Assembly (NCBI GenBank): GCA_016188545.1
Contig: JACPHO010000001.1
Coordinates: 14,249-78,248 of the forward strand
DNA from: Candidatus Shapirobacteria bacterium
Lineage (GTDB): Bacteria; Patescibacteriota; Microgenomatia; UBA12405
DNA length: 64,000 nt
Reading direction: 5' to 3'
Each line of letters opens with the position of its first letter. Within the stretch, counting starts at the first letter, position 1. A program made the position numbers and the translations under genes. Below the pieces are notes generated by a model, which saw nothing but the letters and a program-made list of their open reading frames with translations, did no database searches and was not told the origin of the DNA. Positions 48,200 to 57,930 of the stretch are shown piece by piece.

Positions 48200-48700
48200 A
48201 AAAATATAAAGGAGGACTTTGTCACTCCGAAGCTCCCCAAAGGGGAGCGAAGGAGGAGATGCCAGGTATTGAGCCCGGGTCCGAAAGTGGACAATAAAAA
48301 ACTTCTACAAGCTTAATTAATTTTACTTGCCAGTCCGTAGCTCAAAGAGCGAAGGATGGTCCGTCAGTCAATGGAAATTAACAAACCATTGTTGACTGTC
48401 GATTATTGAGGGCATTACCCCTCGCTTGTTACCTACCAAAATCGAGATTGATAGACCAGCATTCTTGTTTAATTTACACCGACTAACCTCCTCAAGAATA
48501 GGGGATTAACCGATGGTCAGCTCAATTATGCTTGCGCGTAGTTGAGATCAGCTTTTGAAGTACCCAAACCGAAGCCTGAGAAATCTAGAGCTAAATTGAC
48601 ACCGAAGTTTTTAGCTTTGGCATGTTTTTGTTTGACCCTGTTTTATCCGTTTTACAACAGATCCGGCTCGGCCGGACGACTCAATGGATCAAAGTCGGCT
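48200..48700. ncRNA. candidate structured RNA in a 617-nt ORF-free gap (tmRNA or RNase P RNA-like; strand and ends unresolved)
   Basis: GC-rich hairpins (ctcccc-aaa-ggggag; gagggcattacccctc); plus strand: ACAGATCCGGCT resembles RNase P CR-IV and can pair with GAGCC[C]GGGTC 385 nt upstream (P4-like), GCCAGGTA shared with M1 RNA; minus strand: GGGGTAATGCCCTCAATAATCGACAG resembles a tmRNA 5' end; adjacent to smpB. Confidence 0.2.
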
Positions 48701-48773
48701 TGCGGTTTTTTAAGGTACTCACTCCGTCGATGCAATACATCTCCGAGTCTAGAACAGGAAAATTATACCATAT

Positions 48774-49334
48774 CTATCGTAGCTTTTCAATAATCTGCTT
48801 CCAACTTTCAAAAACTTTGATATTACTTAAGTCTCCCTTGCCTGCCCGCCTTTGGAGGGTCAAGGGAGATTTAGAGGGATTGAAATACCACACGCTCATT
48901 TTTGGATAGTTTTTAGCTAGCTCTACTACAGTCGGCCAGTTATCATCAATATGAATATCCGACCCTACCTTTCCCACGTTTTGCACTTTACTCTTCACCC
49001 CCCCAATCTCTCTATCATCAAAAAAGTACCCATCATACAAGTCAAAGTAACCCCACCTCTTCATCCATTCATAAGTAATCGCCCTAACATAACCTTTTCT
49101 ACTGGTTACCAACATCACCTCAAAACCCATCGCCTTTAGTTTTTTCAATCCCGCCTGGCTACCCTCAATTGGCCTTCTCCACCGCTGGTTAACCTGTCTC
49201 CACCACAAGTCGATAAGTTTTAATATTTTTGGCATTTGACCACTCTCGACTTTCTTCTGTTGTGTCCAATCTCTTCCCCACAGCTTTTCAATAATCACAC
49301 CATCAAAATCAACCGACACAATTCTTTGTTTCAT
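48774..49334 (-). CDS. HAD-superfamily hydrolase (5'-nucleotidase-like)
   Basis: 186 aa; N-terminal DFDGVI motif. Confidence 0.5.
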   Translation of the reverse strand: MKQRIVSVDFDGVIIEKLWGRDWTQQKKVESGQMPKILKLIDLWWRQVNQRWRRPIEGSQAGLKKLKAMGFEVMLVTSRKGYVRAITYEWMKRWGYFDLYDGYFFDDREIGGVKSKVQNVGKVGSDIHIDDNWPTVVELAKNYPKMSVWYFNPSKSPLTLQRRAGKGDLSNIKVFESWKQIIEKLR

Positions 49335-49353
49335 AGACAGTTTAATTCTATCA

Positions 49354-49833
49354 ATGAAAAGGACATTTCTGGTTCAGATGATGGAGAAATATTACGAATA
49401 TTTCCATCTTAGGTTTGGCTTATTAAGTTTACTCATCACCCTCCTAGTTTTTCCTCAATCAAATTTTCTAGTTATGTTGTTTTTGGCTGTCTTGGCCAGC
49501 TTTTTACCCGATTTTGATCATGTTCTAGCTATATTCATCTATGCTCGTTCGACCTCATACTCCACCTCAATTCGCCATCATCTCAGCCACTTTGATTTTC
49601 CCTCTGCAATCGAATACATCCGTAAACATCAAAAATTCAACCACTTTATTCTATCCCACAATTTACTCACTCCATTTGCATTTTTTCTGCTATATATATT
49701 TTGTCAAACAGTCTTCCCCAAAACTATCCATTTTTTGTCTCTCTTTTGCCCTCCATTTTGTCTTCGATCTTCTCGAAGATCTTTTGGCCCTTGGCCGTCT
49801 CAATCCCAATTGGTTTCTTCGGTTCAGGCGTGA
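49354..49833 (+). CDS. hypothetical membrane protein
   Basis: 159 aa; several hydrophobic helices. Confidence 0.3.
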   Translation: MKRTFLVQMMEKYYEYFHLRFGLLSLLITLLVFPQSNFLVMLFLAVLASFLPDFDHVLAIFIYARSTSYSTSIRHHLSHFDFPSAIEYIRKHQKFNHFILSHNLLTPFAFFLLYIFCQTVFPKTIHFLSLFCPPFCLRSSRRSFGPWPSQSQLVSSVQA

Positions 49834-50547
49834 CTAAATACCATCCCTCTGTCTTAGGAGAAACTCTCTGATTCCCACTTTGTTGCCGCTAACCGTTATT
49901 ACCCCGATCTCCTTCGAATCAACTGCCGCGGCCACTCGTTCTGCCAACTGGTCCACATTAACTGGGTCAAATTGCCAACCTGGATAAATTAAGTAGGGTA
50001 TGAAGGGCAATCTTTTTAGCCAGGTGTGCATTAACTTCACCTCTGGTGACCCTTCGCCAACAATTAGCTTTGGCCTAAGTATCAATAGATTTGGCACTTC
50101 TTTTATTAATATTTCTTCGGCTCGTCTCTTGGATCTGGCAAAACTATCAACCCGATAATTTACTGCGTTCGAACTCACAAAAATCATTTTGTTTGCACCT
50201 GCGTTATTAAATATTTTTGCCATGTTTTTCGCCATTATCACATTGTCATTATATGTTCCATGAATTCGCCTCTTGTTCAATGAAGTTATCCCAGCCATAT
50301 GTATGATCACATCAAACCTGTCATTTGAATATCTCCCGACCGTCACTTTCGATAATAGATTATTTGATTTTCTGTCAATTATCACCCACTGATACTTCTT
50401 CTTTGTTAGTAGTTCGCACACCCGCTTACCCAAAAATCCACCTGCACCAGTCACCAAAACTTTCATTTTTGTTTTATAGACAGCACTTGTCTTAAATACA
50501 GGCCAAATGCCCACCAGCCAAATATCGTCCCTAATACTAGTATCCAT
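49834..50547 (-). CDS. NAD-dependent epimerase/dehydratase family protein
   Basis: 237 aa; VLVTGAGGFLGKRV Rossmann motif. Confidence 0.6.
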   Translation of the reverse strand: MDTSIRDDIWLVGIWPVFKTSAVYKTKMKVLVTGAGGFLGKRVCELLTKKKYQWVIIDRKSNNLLSKVTVGRYSNDRFDVIIHMAGITSLNKRRIHGTYNDNVIMAKNMAKIFNNAGANKMIFVSSNAVNYRVDSFARSKRRAEEILIKEVPNLLILRPKLIVGEGSPEVKLMHTWLKRLPFIPYLIYPGWQFDPVNVDQLAERVAAAVDSKEIGVITVSGNKVGIREFLLRQRDGI

Positions 50548-51029
50548 TTAATCGATTCGTGGATTATTGTCCCGTAACTACCCATGTTTGGATAACTTAG
50601 CAATATGGCCATCAGAATTACCGACAAATTTTCAGTAATAAATTTGAGTTTACCCAATATATGGGCCTTCAAGAAAACTAACTTTATTGCCGCCAATTGT
50701 CTTACTCCCGCTACCAGAAAATCTCTGATCAAATTAGCAATCAATAATATCAATATGATTACACTGGGATAAAAGTATAGATAACAAATCAACATAGTCG
50801 TTACAATCGCCCTATCAACCGACAAGTCAAAAAACTGACCTACTTCTGAAGCTTGATTAAACGTTCTAGCCACCCATCCATCAAGTTTGTCCATAAAAAA
50901 TACCAGAATATATGTCGGTAAAATATATGGTCTCAACCAAGTAATATTTCCCAACAATACAACCAAAATTAAGACATATAGCAAAAACCTTATTAGGGTA
51001 ATCCAATTTGGAATGGTGTTTATCTTCAT
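50463..51029 (-). CDS. CDP-alcohol phosphatidyltransferase
   Basis: 188 aa; DKLDGWVARTFNQASEVGQFFDLSVDR (D-G-x2-A-R...G-x3-D-x3-D). Confidence 0.7.
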   Translation of the reverse strand: MKINTIPNWITLIRFLLYVLILVVLLGNITWLRPYILPTYILVFFMDKLDGWVARTFNQASEVGQFFDLSVDRAIVTTMLICYLYFYPSVIILILLIANLIRDFLVAGVRQLAAIKLVFLKAHILGKLKFITENLSVILMAILLSYPNMGSYGTIIHESIKWILVLGTIFGWWAFGLYLRQVLSIKQK

Positions 51030-51031
51030 GC

Positions 51032-51547
51032 TCAGATTATAGTGTTATTCAGTCTCAAAAGATATCCCAGTACCTTAAATAGCAAATGTAGAGCCATGCC
51101 GGCCAATAATAGCACTGCCATTTCTTTTAGGCTTAAAAGCCTCCAAATAGTTGATATTGGAATCACCCCAACTATCCAATCAATCTGATCCCATGGGAAC
51201 CAGGATACTCCCGATGCCACCCCGGCTCGTCGCTTGAAAAAACTCTTAATCGCATCCCCCCCCAACCCTCCCAGTCCCATTGCTGCTCCAAAATACCAAG
51301 GTAGGGGATAGTTGGCTTCACGAATCACCACTCCTTTTAGAATTAAAAAAATTATTTCGGCAGCCAATATTCCAGTTACAAACCCTCTTATTGTCTTGTG
51401 ATCACCAAAAATTCGCTTTCCGTCCCACGATTTCCCCATATCAATTGGTATGTTCCACTTCGGCCAAATTTTTACCGCCATTGGCGGTACCATGTTGGCG
51501 ATACCAGCCGGTAGCATTATCCAAAAAAGTTTCACCCAATCAATCAT
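51032..51547 (-). CDS. CDP-archaeol synthase-like CTP transferase (CarS/DUF46 family)
   Basis: 171 aa; 5 TM; WDGKRIFGDHKTIRGF and GGDAIKSFFKRR resemble CarS motifs. Confidence 0.5.
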   Translation of the reverse strand: MIDWVKLFWIMLPAGIANMVPPMAVKIWPKWNIPIDMGKSWDGKRIFGDHKTIRGFVTGILAAEIIFLILKGVVIREANYPLPWYFGAAMGLGGLGGDAIKSFFKRRAGVASGVSWFPWDQIDWIVGVIPISTIWRLLSLKEMAVLLLAGMALHLLFKVLGYLLRLNNTII

Positions 51548-51631
51548 TAGCCTATTTTAACCTAAAACTGCGTCTTAGTGCCCAGTAGCATTCACTTCCC
51601 TCAAGTTATCATCGTGATAATCTCTTAGTAG

Positions 51632-52264
51632 ATGTCATATTTTATGGACATGATTTTTCCTAGAGTATGTAGCCAATGCGGCCGCACCGGGTTATATCTT
51701 TGCCTTGACTGTCGCGACAGTCTTCAAAGAATTGGGATTCATATTCCCAAGCACAGTCGACTTGAAGGACATCTCAGCCTTTTTCGGTATCGTGGTTTAG
51801 TGAAAGCCGCCATCAGGGAACTAAAGTTCGATTTTGTGTCAGACATAGTCCCAGAAATTTCGTCTCTAGTTGTCCACTCACTTGTCAATCAGTACCCACA
51901 CCTTCTCCGCTACTGGCAAGAAAACAACTTTGTCTTTTCCCCGATTCCACTTCACCTAAGAAGAAAGTTATGGCGAGGCTACAACCAATCAGCTTTACTT
52001 GCAGAAAAAATAGCCCTTGAACTAAATATGAATACTAGAAGCGATCTAATAACCCGTATTAAAAATAGTCTACCCCAGTCACTAATCAAAGATAGACGTC
52101 TTCGATGCCATAGCTTAAATAAAACCTTCTCATGCGCTACTACAACCCCTCCACCCAACATTATTTTATTTGATGATGTGTACACTTCCGGGTCAACTAT
52201 AAACTCAGCTGCGGGAGCACTACCGGAAAACTGTCATATCTGGGGTCTTTCTTTGGCTGGTTAG
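51632..52264 (+). CDS. comFC: ComF-family phosphoribosyltransferase-domain protein
   Basis: 210 aa; N-terminal Cys4 finger (CSQC...CLDC); PRTase motif IILFDDVYTSGST. Confidence 0.6.
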   Translation: MSYFMDMIFPRVCSQCGRTGLYLCLDCRDSLQRIGIHIPKHSRLEGHLSLFRYRGLVKAAIRELKFDFVSDIVPEISSLVVHSLVNQYPHLLRYWQENNFVFSPIPLHLRRKLWRGYNQSALLAEKIALELNMNTRSDLITRIKNSLPQSLIKDRRLRCHSLNKTFSCATTTPPPNIILFDDVYTSGSTINSAAGALPENCHIWGLSLAG

Positions 52265-52273
52265 GACATGTTC

Positions 52274-52957
52274 CTAATTTGATTTTGGAATGTTTCCACT
52301 TATCACTCGACTACTTCGAATCTCATCTTCTGTCTTCATTTCCCCGACCACTTCATTCTTTATTGAGATCATCGTATCCTCAATACCCTTACCTTCAATC
52401 GGAGTTAGTGAACTAAGGTAAAAATTTTCAACATCAAGTCCGTGGTTACTTAGTGAGTCGCGCAATTCTTGTTTTATCTCATCCTCAATATTACTGCGGC
52501 TGGTAGCCAGAGCCATTGCTAAAGTGTGGTTAGTCAGCACTTTTCTGATTCTACTTCTGGTTACTGGACGAACAACTTTGGAAACAAAATTTTCTCCAAT
52601 GTTTTGCCATATCTCCGGGAGTCTTTCGGTGTCTAGTTTTATTAATGCAGTAGCTTCCACTGCTACAAATTTATTATCTGCAGTCACGGCGTTAATTACT
52701 TCATCACCCATGATTTCTTTGTTATCTTTTACAGTTACGTCCTTTGAGATGGTGTATTCAATCAGTTGGGCATTAAACAGTTTTACTCTGTGAATAATCG
52801 GGATTTTAAAATGCATTCCGGGGTACCATACGTTCTGCAAAACTCCCTGAAAGATACTGTAAATACATCCGACATGTCCCGGAGGAACGGTTACAATAAA
52901 CCCTCCGACGACCTCGTCAACAAAAAGCGAAACTAAAAGATTATCAATTGAAGCCAT
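52274..52957 (-). CDS. SPFH/band-7 (prohibitin-like) domain protein
   Basis: 227 aa; band-7 core. Confidence 0.6.
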   Translation of the reverse strand: MASIDNLLVSLFVDEVVGGFIVTVPPGHVGCIYSIFQGVLQNVWYPGMHFKIPIIHRVKLFNAQLIEYTISKDVTVKDNKEIMGDEVINAVTADNKFVAVEATALIKLDTERLPEIWQNIGENFVSKVVRPVTRSRIRKVLTNHTLAMALATSRSNIEDEIKQELRDSLSNHGLDVENFYLSSLTPIEGKGIEDTMISIKNEVVGEMKTEDEIRSSRVISGNIPKSN

Positions 52958-52960
52958 GGT

Positions 52961-53623
52961 TCAGTGAATTATACCAGTAAACCCCTCAACTAACTCCATA
53001 AGTTCCTTCTCTGGATCGGCAGACAATACAAAGTCACTGGCTGATACTACCCCTACCGCACCCATCTTTAAACAAATCTCCACATCAGATTTACTTTTAA
53101 TCCCAGCTCCAGCAACGATTTTTGTTCCCGGTGCTTTTTCAACTACATGCATTATCATTTTTGGTTCTTCCGTAGCTATGGACTTGTCCTTACTGGCAAT
53201 CAGGCTTGGTGGTTCAAACATAATGTAATCAGCTCCAGCCTGCGCCCCCCACTTTTCAATCTGACCAAGACTCCCTATACATAGGCAGATTTCAAAATCA
53301 TCTGGTTTTCCCTTAATAATTTTCAAAATTGTCCCCTTTGGCTTACCGTGTTCAGAGTGATTTAGTAAACTTCCTTTTATCCCCAAAGCCCTGGCTTGAT
53401 CCATTGAGGTCCACCCAGTTGCTCTTCCACCGCTGTATTCATCAACATTTTGCAGCCACACTTCCACTCCTGTTTCTTTGGAAATCCGTGCCGCGTCAAG
53501 AGCCGAAGCTACTACGATCATTCGTATACCAGTTTTATCAGCTACCTTTTTGACAATTTTAGCCAACTCTATCGCCTTATTACCATAAGTCTCTTTGTAT
53601 GTTTTGAAGTTTAATAAGATCAT
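52961..53623 (-). CDS. tpiA: triosephosphate isomerase, short archaeal-type
   Basis: 220 aa; LNHSEHG, CIGSLGQ, FEPPSLIASKD. Confidence 0.65.
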   Translation of the reverse strand: MILLNFKTYKETYGNKAIELAKIVKKVADKTGIRMIVVASALDAARISKETGVEVWLQNVDEYSGGRATGWTSMDQARALGIKGSLLNHSEHGKPKGTILKIIKGKPDDFEICLCIGSLGQIEKWGAQAGADYIMFEPPSLIASKDKSIATEEPKMIMHVVEKAPGTKIVAGAGIKSKSDVEICLKMGAVGVVSASDFVLSADPEKELMELVEGFTGIIH

Positions 53624-53625
53624 TA

Positions 53626-55182
53626 CTATTTCAATGAATATTTTTGAATCATTTGGTTTATACCATTCCGCAGATCCGGCATCACAACTTCGGCAGTTAG
53701 ATTTTTCATAGCGAGACCGTTGATGGCATCAGCAAAGTATTTTGACATCTCATCATTTAAGCCCTCATCAAATGTTCGTGACGACATGTACCAGCCGTCA
53801 GCATTGTTGGCTACTTTGACAAATGGGCGGGTCAGAGGATTGGATTCCATCTTATCAGCCATACTTTTTCTCGGGTATATTTCGCCAAAACTCCGAATCT
53901 GAGATGCTGCAGTATACATCTTTTCCAAATTATCTTTTGATGATAAAAATTCCAAAAATTTCCACGCTTCTTTTTGGTTTTTACTTTTGGAGCTCACTCC
54001 CTCAGCCCAATACGTTGACCAATGAATGTTAGTCAAATTAGCTTCATTGTTTACTTGATCAGGCGGTACATCCTTTAGTGTTGGCAGTTGAGGCACAGTT
54101 GTTATCTCATACTTCAGTTCTGGAATTTTCTTTTCTTCTATGTTGAATGCTCTCCAGCTTGGCGCAAAATAAAACGCCAACTTTCCATTGGCAAACAGCT
54201 CAGTTGAGGAAGGTAGAGCTTCGTCCCATACCTGGTGTTTTGTCTTAAATAGGGAATAATATGTCAATACATCCTGAAGTTTCTTCTCACTATCCGCATC
54301 GGTTAAAAGCGGATTAACCCCGCCCTGTTTCAACATTAGTCCTACAATATCGCTCCAGTGATCGACATTGTCAACCAAACCCATGGCCGCCCCCGACACT
54401 GTGATCTTGCCATTAACATCTCTTACCGTCAGCTTAGTAGCTGATTGCTCCAGATCCCACCACGACTTTGGTAAGCCCACCCCAGCTGATTCGATTAGGT
54501 CTTTGTTGTAGAAGAGTGATAATCCGTCATACATCAGAGGAATACCCTGCCAGCTTCCGTTTGTCTTAATTGTATTTTTGTAGGCCTCAAAAAAATCAGT
54601 ATCGAGACCCACCCTACCGGCGGTATCGCTTGGCACTTTCGCCAGATCAGTTTTAAACAGTGGTACCCAGGCAGAATGGTATCGAAAAATATCCGGCGAA
54701 TCAGACCCACCTTCTTCAATTCTGGTCTTAAGTCTGGTTCTATAGTTTACTTTCTGGTTTCGGACATAGTTTATCTTTACTCCTGGGTTCTTAGACTCAT
54801 AATCAGCGATTATCCCCTGGATCGTCGATGGCTCTTCCCATAGACCCCAATAGTTCAGGGTGATATTTTCCTGTTTAGTTCCACCAAGGTTTGGAATTAT
54901 TACCTTAAATACCAGAAAAAGTATCACAACAATCAGCAATCCAATTCCGCCGATTATTAACAGCTTTTTAGTATCCACAGGTTTGGCTAATGGTAGGCTA
55001 TTACTGCTAGTAGTACTTCTCTGCACTTCGGGGTTTATTACTGTTGCACTGGCGACTTCATCTTGTTCCTTCGGCATGTTCACTACCGGAGATGTTTCTT
55101 GTTTATCATCTTCCGGATCATATAGGCTGCTAAACCTTCTTGGTGGAAGCGGCGACTTAATATCCTCTAAAGCCATACTCAA
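53626..55182 (-). CDS. ABC transporter substrate-binding protein (family 1, sugar-type), membrane-anchored
   Basis: 518 aa; N-terminal low-complexity segment plus TM, then SBP_bac_1-like domain. Confidence 0.65.
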   Translation of the reverse strand: MSMALEDIKSPLPPRRFSSLYDPEDDKQETSPVVNMPKEQDEVASATVINPEVQRSTTSSNSLPLAKPVDTKKLLIIGGIGLLIVVILFLVFKVIIPNLGGTKQENITLNYWGLWEEPSTIQGIIADYESKNPGVKINYVRNQKVNYRTRLKTRIEEGGSDSPDIFRYHSAWVPLFKTDLAKVPSDTAGRVGLDTDFFEAYKNTIKTNGSWQGIPLMYDGLSLFYNKDLIESAGVGLPKSWWDLEQSATKLTVRDVNGKITVSGAAMGLVDNVDHWSDIVGLMLKQGGVNPLLTDADSEKKLQDVLTYYSLFKTKHQVWDEALPSSTELFANGKLAFYFAPSWRAFNIEEKKIPELKYEITTVPQLPTLKDVPPDQVNNEANLTNIHWSTYWAEGVSSKSKNQKEAWKFLEFLSSKDNLEKMYTAASQIRSFGEIYPRKSMADKMESNPLTRPFVKVANNADGWYMSSRTFDEGLNDEMSKYFADAINGLAMKNLTAEVVMPDLRNGINQMIQKYSLK

Positions 55183-55225
55183 TCATAGCAAACATATAGT
55201 CCTATTATTATTCACAAATCATACT

Positions 55226-55237
55226 TCATAAATCATA
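55226..55237 (+). promoter_or_regulatory. TTCATAAATCAT motif instance (tandem with CACAAATCATAC) upstream of 55263
   Basis: tcacaaatcatacTTCATAAATCATacttc; TATAAT at 55257-55262 abuts the ATG (leaderless geometry). Confidence 0.3.
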
Positions 55238-55262
55238 CTTCAAACAAATTTTACTCTATAAT

Positions 55263-56018
55263 ATGCCAATGTTGCCATTGTTATATTCCTTAACTGCTGT
55301 TGTAATCATTAGCTTGGTTTCAATTTTTGCCATTTATTGGCTTATTTCCCATATTGCCAATTTTTCCAGATTTATCACCCCTTTAGTCAGTTTAGCAGTT
55401 GGAAGTTTACTGGGCGATGCTTTTATCCACTTGCTCCCCGAAGCTAACGAAAATATCTCCAACCCAACAGTAGTTTCGTTACTAACCATTCTAGGCATTC
55501 TCATCTTTTTCTCCATCGAAAAATTTGTTCGTTGGCACCATTGCCACGACCCCGACTGTACTGAGGGTACCTCAGTCATCATCCCGGTCAGTTTAGTAGG
55601 TGAAAGTATTCACAACTTTATCGATGGAGTGATTATCGCTGGAAGTTTTATAATCAGTCCAAATTTGGGTGTGGCCACATCCATTGCCGTTTTACTTCAC
55701 GAAATTCCCCAAGAAGTCGGTGATTTTGGTATCTACACTCATCAAGGGTTAAGTCTAAAAAAATCTCTCAATCTGAATCTTTTGTCTGCTACCACTTCAC
55801 TCTTGGGTGTCATTGTCACTTTTTTGATTGGCTCTAGTTTGGCCAGTGCAATTCCGTATGTACTTCCAATTACAGCCGGGGGATTTATTTATCTTGCCGC
55901 TTCAGACCTCATTCCTGAACTACATGAACACAAAGAGAAATCTATCCACTCACTCCTGCAGATATTCTACTTATTAGTCGGAGTTGCTCTAATGTACAGT
56001 CTGCTGTTATTAGAATAA
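55263..56018 (+). CDS. zupT: ZIP-family metal (zinc) transporter
   Basis: 251 aa; HNFIDGV, HEIPQEVGDFGI. Confidence 0.8.
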   Translation: MPMLPLLYSLTAVVIISLVSIFAIYWLISHIANFSRFITPLVSLAVGSLLGDAFIHLLPEANENISNPTVVSLLTILGILIFFSIEKFVRWHHCHDPDCTEGTSVIIPVSLVGESIHNFIDGVIIAGSFIISPNLGVATSIAVLLHEIPQEVGDFGIYTHQGLSLKKSLNLNLLSATTSLLGVIVTFLIGSSLASAIPYVLPITAGGFIYLAASDLIPELHEHKEKSIHSLLQIFYLLVGVALMYSLLLLE

Positions 56019-56083
56019 TATATTTTGCAAACTACATATTTATTAGGTAACATATTACCAAGTGTTAAGAAGATGCTAATCCA

Positions 56084-57253
56084 TTGGCAACCGAGCTCAG
56101 CCACGGTGCCCTCAATAACACGCCTTTAATAATTAACAAAGGAAAAATGAATTATCCTCAGTTCTCTTCCGAATCTGTCTGTGAAGGTCATCCCGATAAA
56201 GTTTGCGATCAAATCGCCGATGCCATTCTCGATGCCGCTTATACCATTGACCCCAAAGCTCGTGTAGCCTCTGAGGTTTTGGCAACAGCCAATAAATTAG
56301 TTCTGGCTGGTGAAATCACTGTAAACGGTGAACTAGACTTCGAAGCCATTGCTCGCAAAAAGATTGCAGAGTTAGATTATCTAGATCCTGTTCTGCAGTT
56401 CACTGACAAATCAGACATTGAGGTATTTATCCACAAACAATCACCAGACATCGCTCAAGGTGTCGATGCTGGTGGTGCAGGTGATCAGGGAATGATGTTT
56501 GGTTATGCCTGCAAAGAGACTCCTGAACTAATGCCCCTGCCTATTTCTATGTCTCACAGTCTGGCTAGAAAAATGGATGAATTGCAACGTATTCACCGCT
56601 GGTTACGTCCCGACGGTAAGTCACAAGTAACTGTCAGGTACGATGGTCAAACACCTTCCGTTATCGAACAAGTAGTGCTTGCCAAACCAATAAATTATGC
56701 AGCTGCTCCCCAAGATTATGCGCATTTCTTTTATGAGAATGTAGTTGTACCGGTCTTATCGGAATACGGATTTTCCGTTACCGAAGGTAAAATGATCCTA
56801 AACGGCACTGGTAAGTGGGAAATCGGTGGACCATTCTCAGACACTGGCGTAACCAATCGAAAAATTGTCGTCGACACTTTTGGAGGTATGGGAAGAATCG
56901 GTGGGGGTGGATTATCCGGTAAAGATACCACCAAAGTTGATCGCAGTGGGGTTTACGCTGCCCGTTATTTAGCCAAAAATGTAGTCGCTGCTGGTCTTGC
57001 TGATCGCTGCGAAGTCCAGTTAGCTTATGCCATCGGACAAGTCCAACCTGTCGGTAAAGCCATCGAAACATTTGGTACTGCCCGTTCCGAACAAAAAGTA
57101 ATTGAAGATTTCGCCTGGCAACTCCTCGACCTTTCTGTTGCTGGTATCAATGAAGGACTTTCTCTCCGTGTACCTATTTACCAAAAAACTGCTCGTTATG
57201 GACACTTTGGCAACAAAGATTATCCTTGGGAAAAGATTATCGCATCTCAATAA
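56084..57253 (+). CDS. metK: S-adenosylmethionine synthetase
   Basis: 389 aa; GHPDKVCDQIADAILDA, GAGDQG, GGGGLSGKD. Confidence 0.9.
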   Translation: MATELSHGALNNTPLIINKGKMNYPQFSSESVCEGHPDKVCDQIADAILDAAYTIDPKARVASEVLATANKLVLAGEITVNGELDFEAIARKKIAELDYLDPVLQFTDKSDIEVFIHKQSPDIAQGVDAGGAGDQGMMFGYACKETPELMPLPISMSHSLARKMDELQRIHRWLRPDGKSQVTVRYDGQTPSVIEQVVLAKPINYAAAPQDYAHFFYENVVVPVLSEYGFSVTEGKMILNGTGKWEIGGPFSDTGVTNRKIVVDTFGGMGRIGGGGLSGKDTTKVDRSGVYAARYLAKNVVAAGLADRCEVQLAYAIGQVQPVGKAIETFGTARSEQKVIEDFAWQLLDLSVAGINEGLSLRVPIYQKTARYGHFGNKDYPWEKIIASQ

Positions 57254-57291
57254 TACAACTATAGGATATTTGTGATATAATCTGCCCAATT

Positions 57292-57924
57292 ATGGGCTTT
57301 CGTCAATGGGTTGATCAACAGGGTAGACCGCTAATCCGCCGTTCATATGAACATGGCATTGGTTTGATCGTCACCCACGAAAACCGATATTTGTTCACTA
57401 TTGGCCACGAGCGTTTCTGGACACTAAGTATTGACCCCCCTGAAGTCACTTATTCTGCTTGTGGCGGACATCGTGAATTCGGTGAGTCATTTCCTCAATG
57501 TGCTCAACGCGAAGGCAGCGAAGAACTCGGGATTGAGGTGGAGTTGATTCCGTCACCAGAGACGGTATTTTATAGATTCCGAACTGATGACACTGAAAAA
57601 GTAGGCATAAGGGACACCTGTGCACCTTGGTTGATTTACGATATGCCGGTCAGACGTAATTTTGGCTATTCAGTCTGCGTTTATCCAGCTAGACTTAGCT
57701 CCACTCCGTTTCCATCACGCGAAGTCCCGGCGCTGTTATATTTAACTCCACAACAGGTGGTAGATACGATTGATCGTCCTCTCGATGAATTTCTCCGTTC
57801 TGGCGCAGAAATCGTCGAACAGCGTCCAGTACCAAGAAATGCTATCATCAAACCATTCGGGACAGCCAGAATCCTTAAAGGATATACGTCAAATCAACTT
57901 CCACTAATTTCATCAATCACCTAA
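57292..57924 (+). CDS. NUDIX hydrolase (GC-elevated)
   Basis: 210 aa; GGHREFGESFPQCAQREGSEELGI fits GX5EX7REUXEEXGU. Confidence 0.6.
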   Translation: MGFRQWVDQQGRPLIRRSYEHGIGLIVTHENRYLFTIGHERFWTLSIDPPEVTYSACGGHREFGESFPQCAQREGSEELGIEVELIPSPETVFYRFRTDDTEKVGIRDTCAPWLIYDMPVRRNFGYSVCVYPARLSSTPFPSREVPALLYLTPQQVVDTIDRPLDEFLRSGAEIVEQRPVPRNAIIKPFGTARILKGYTSNQLPLISSIT

Positions 57925-57930
57925 AATCTG

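Noticed and set aside
48830-48880. Strong hairpin ctcccttg...caagggag
   Set aside because: It lies inside the coding 3' end of the minus-strand HAD-like gene (48774-49334), so it is not an independent element.
56019-56083. SAM riboswitch upstream of metK
   Set aside because: The intergenic region is only ~65 nt and lacks the conserved S-box elements.
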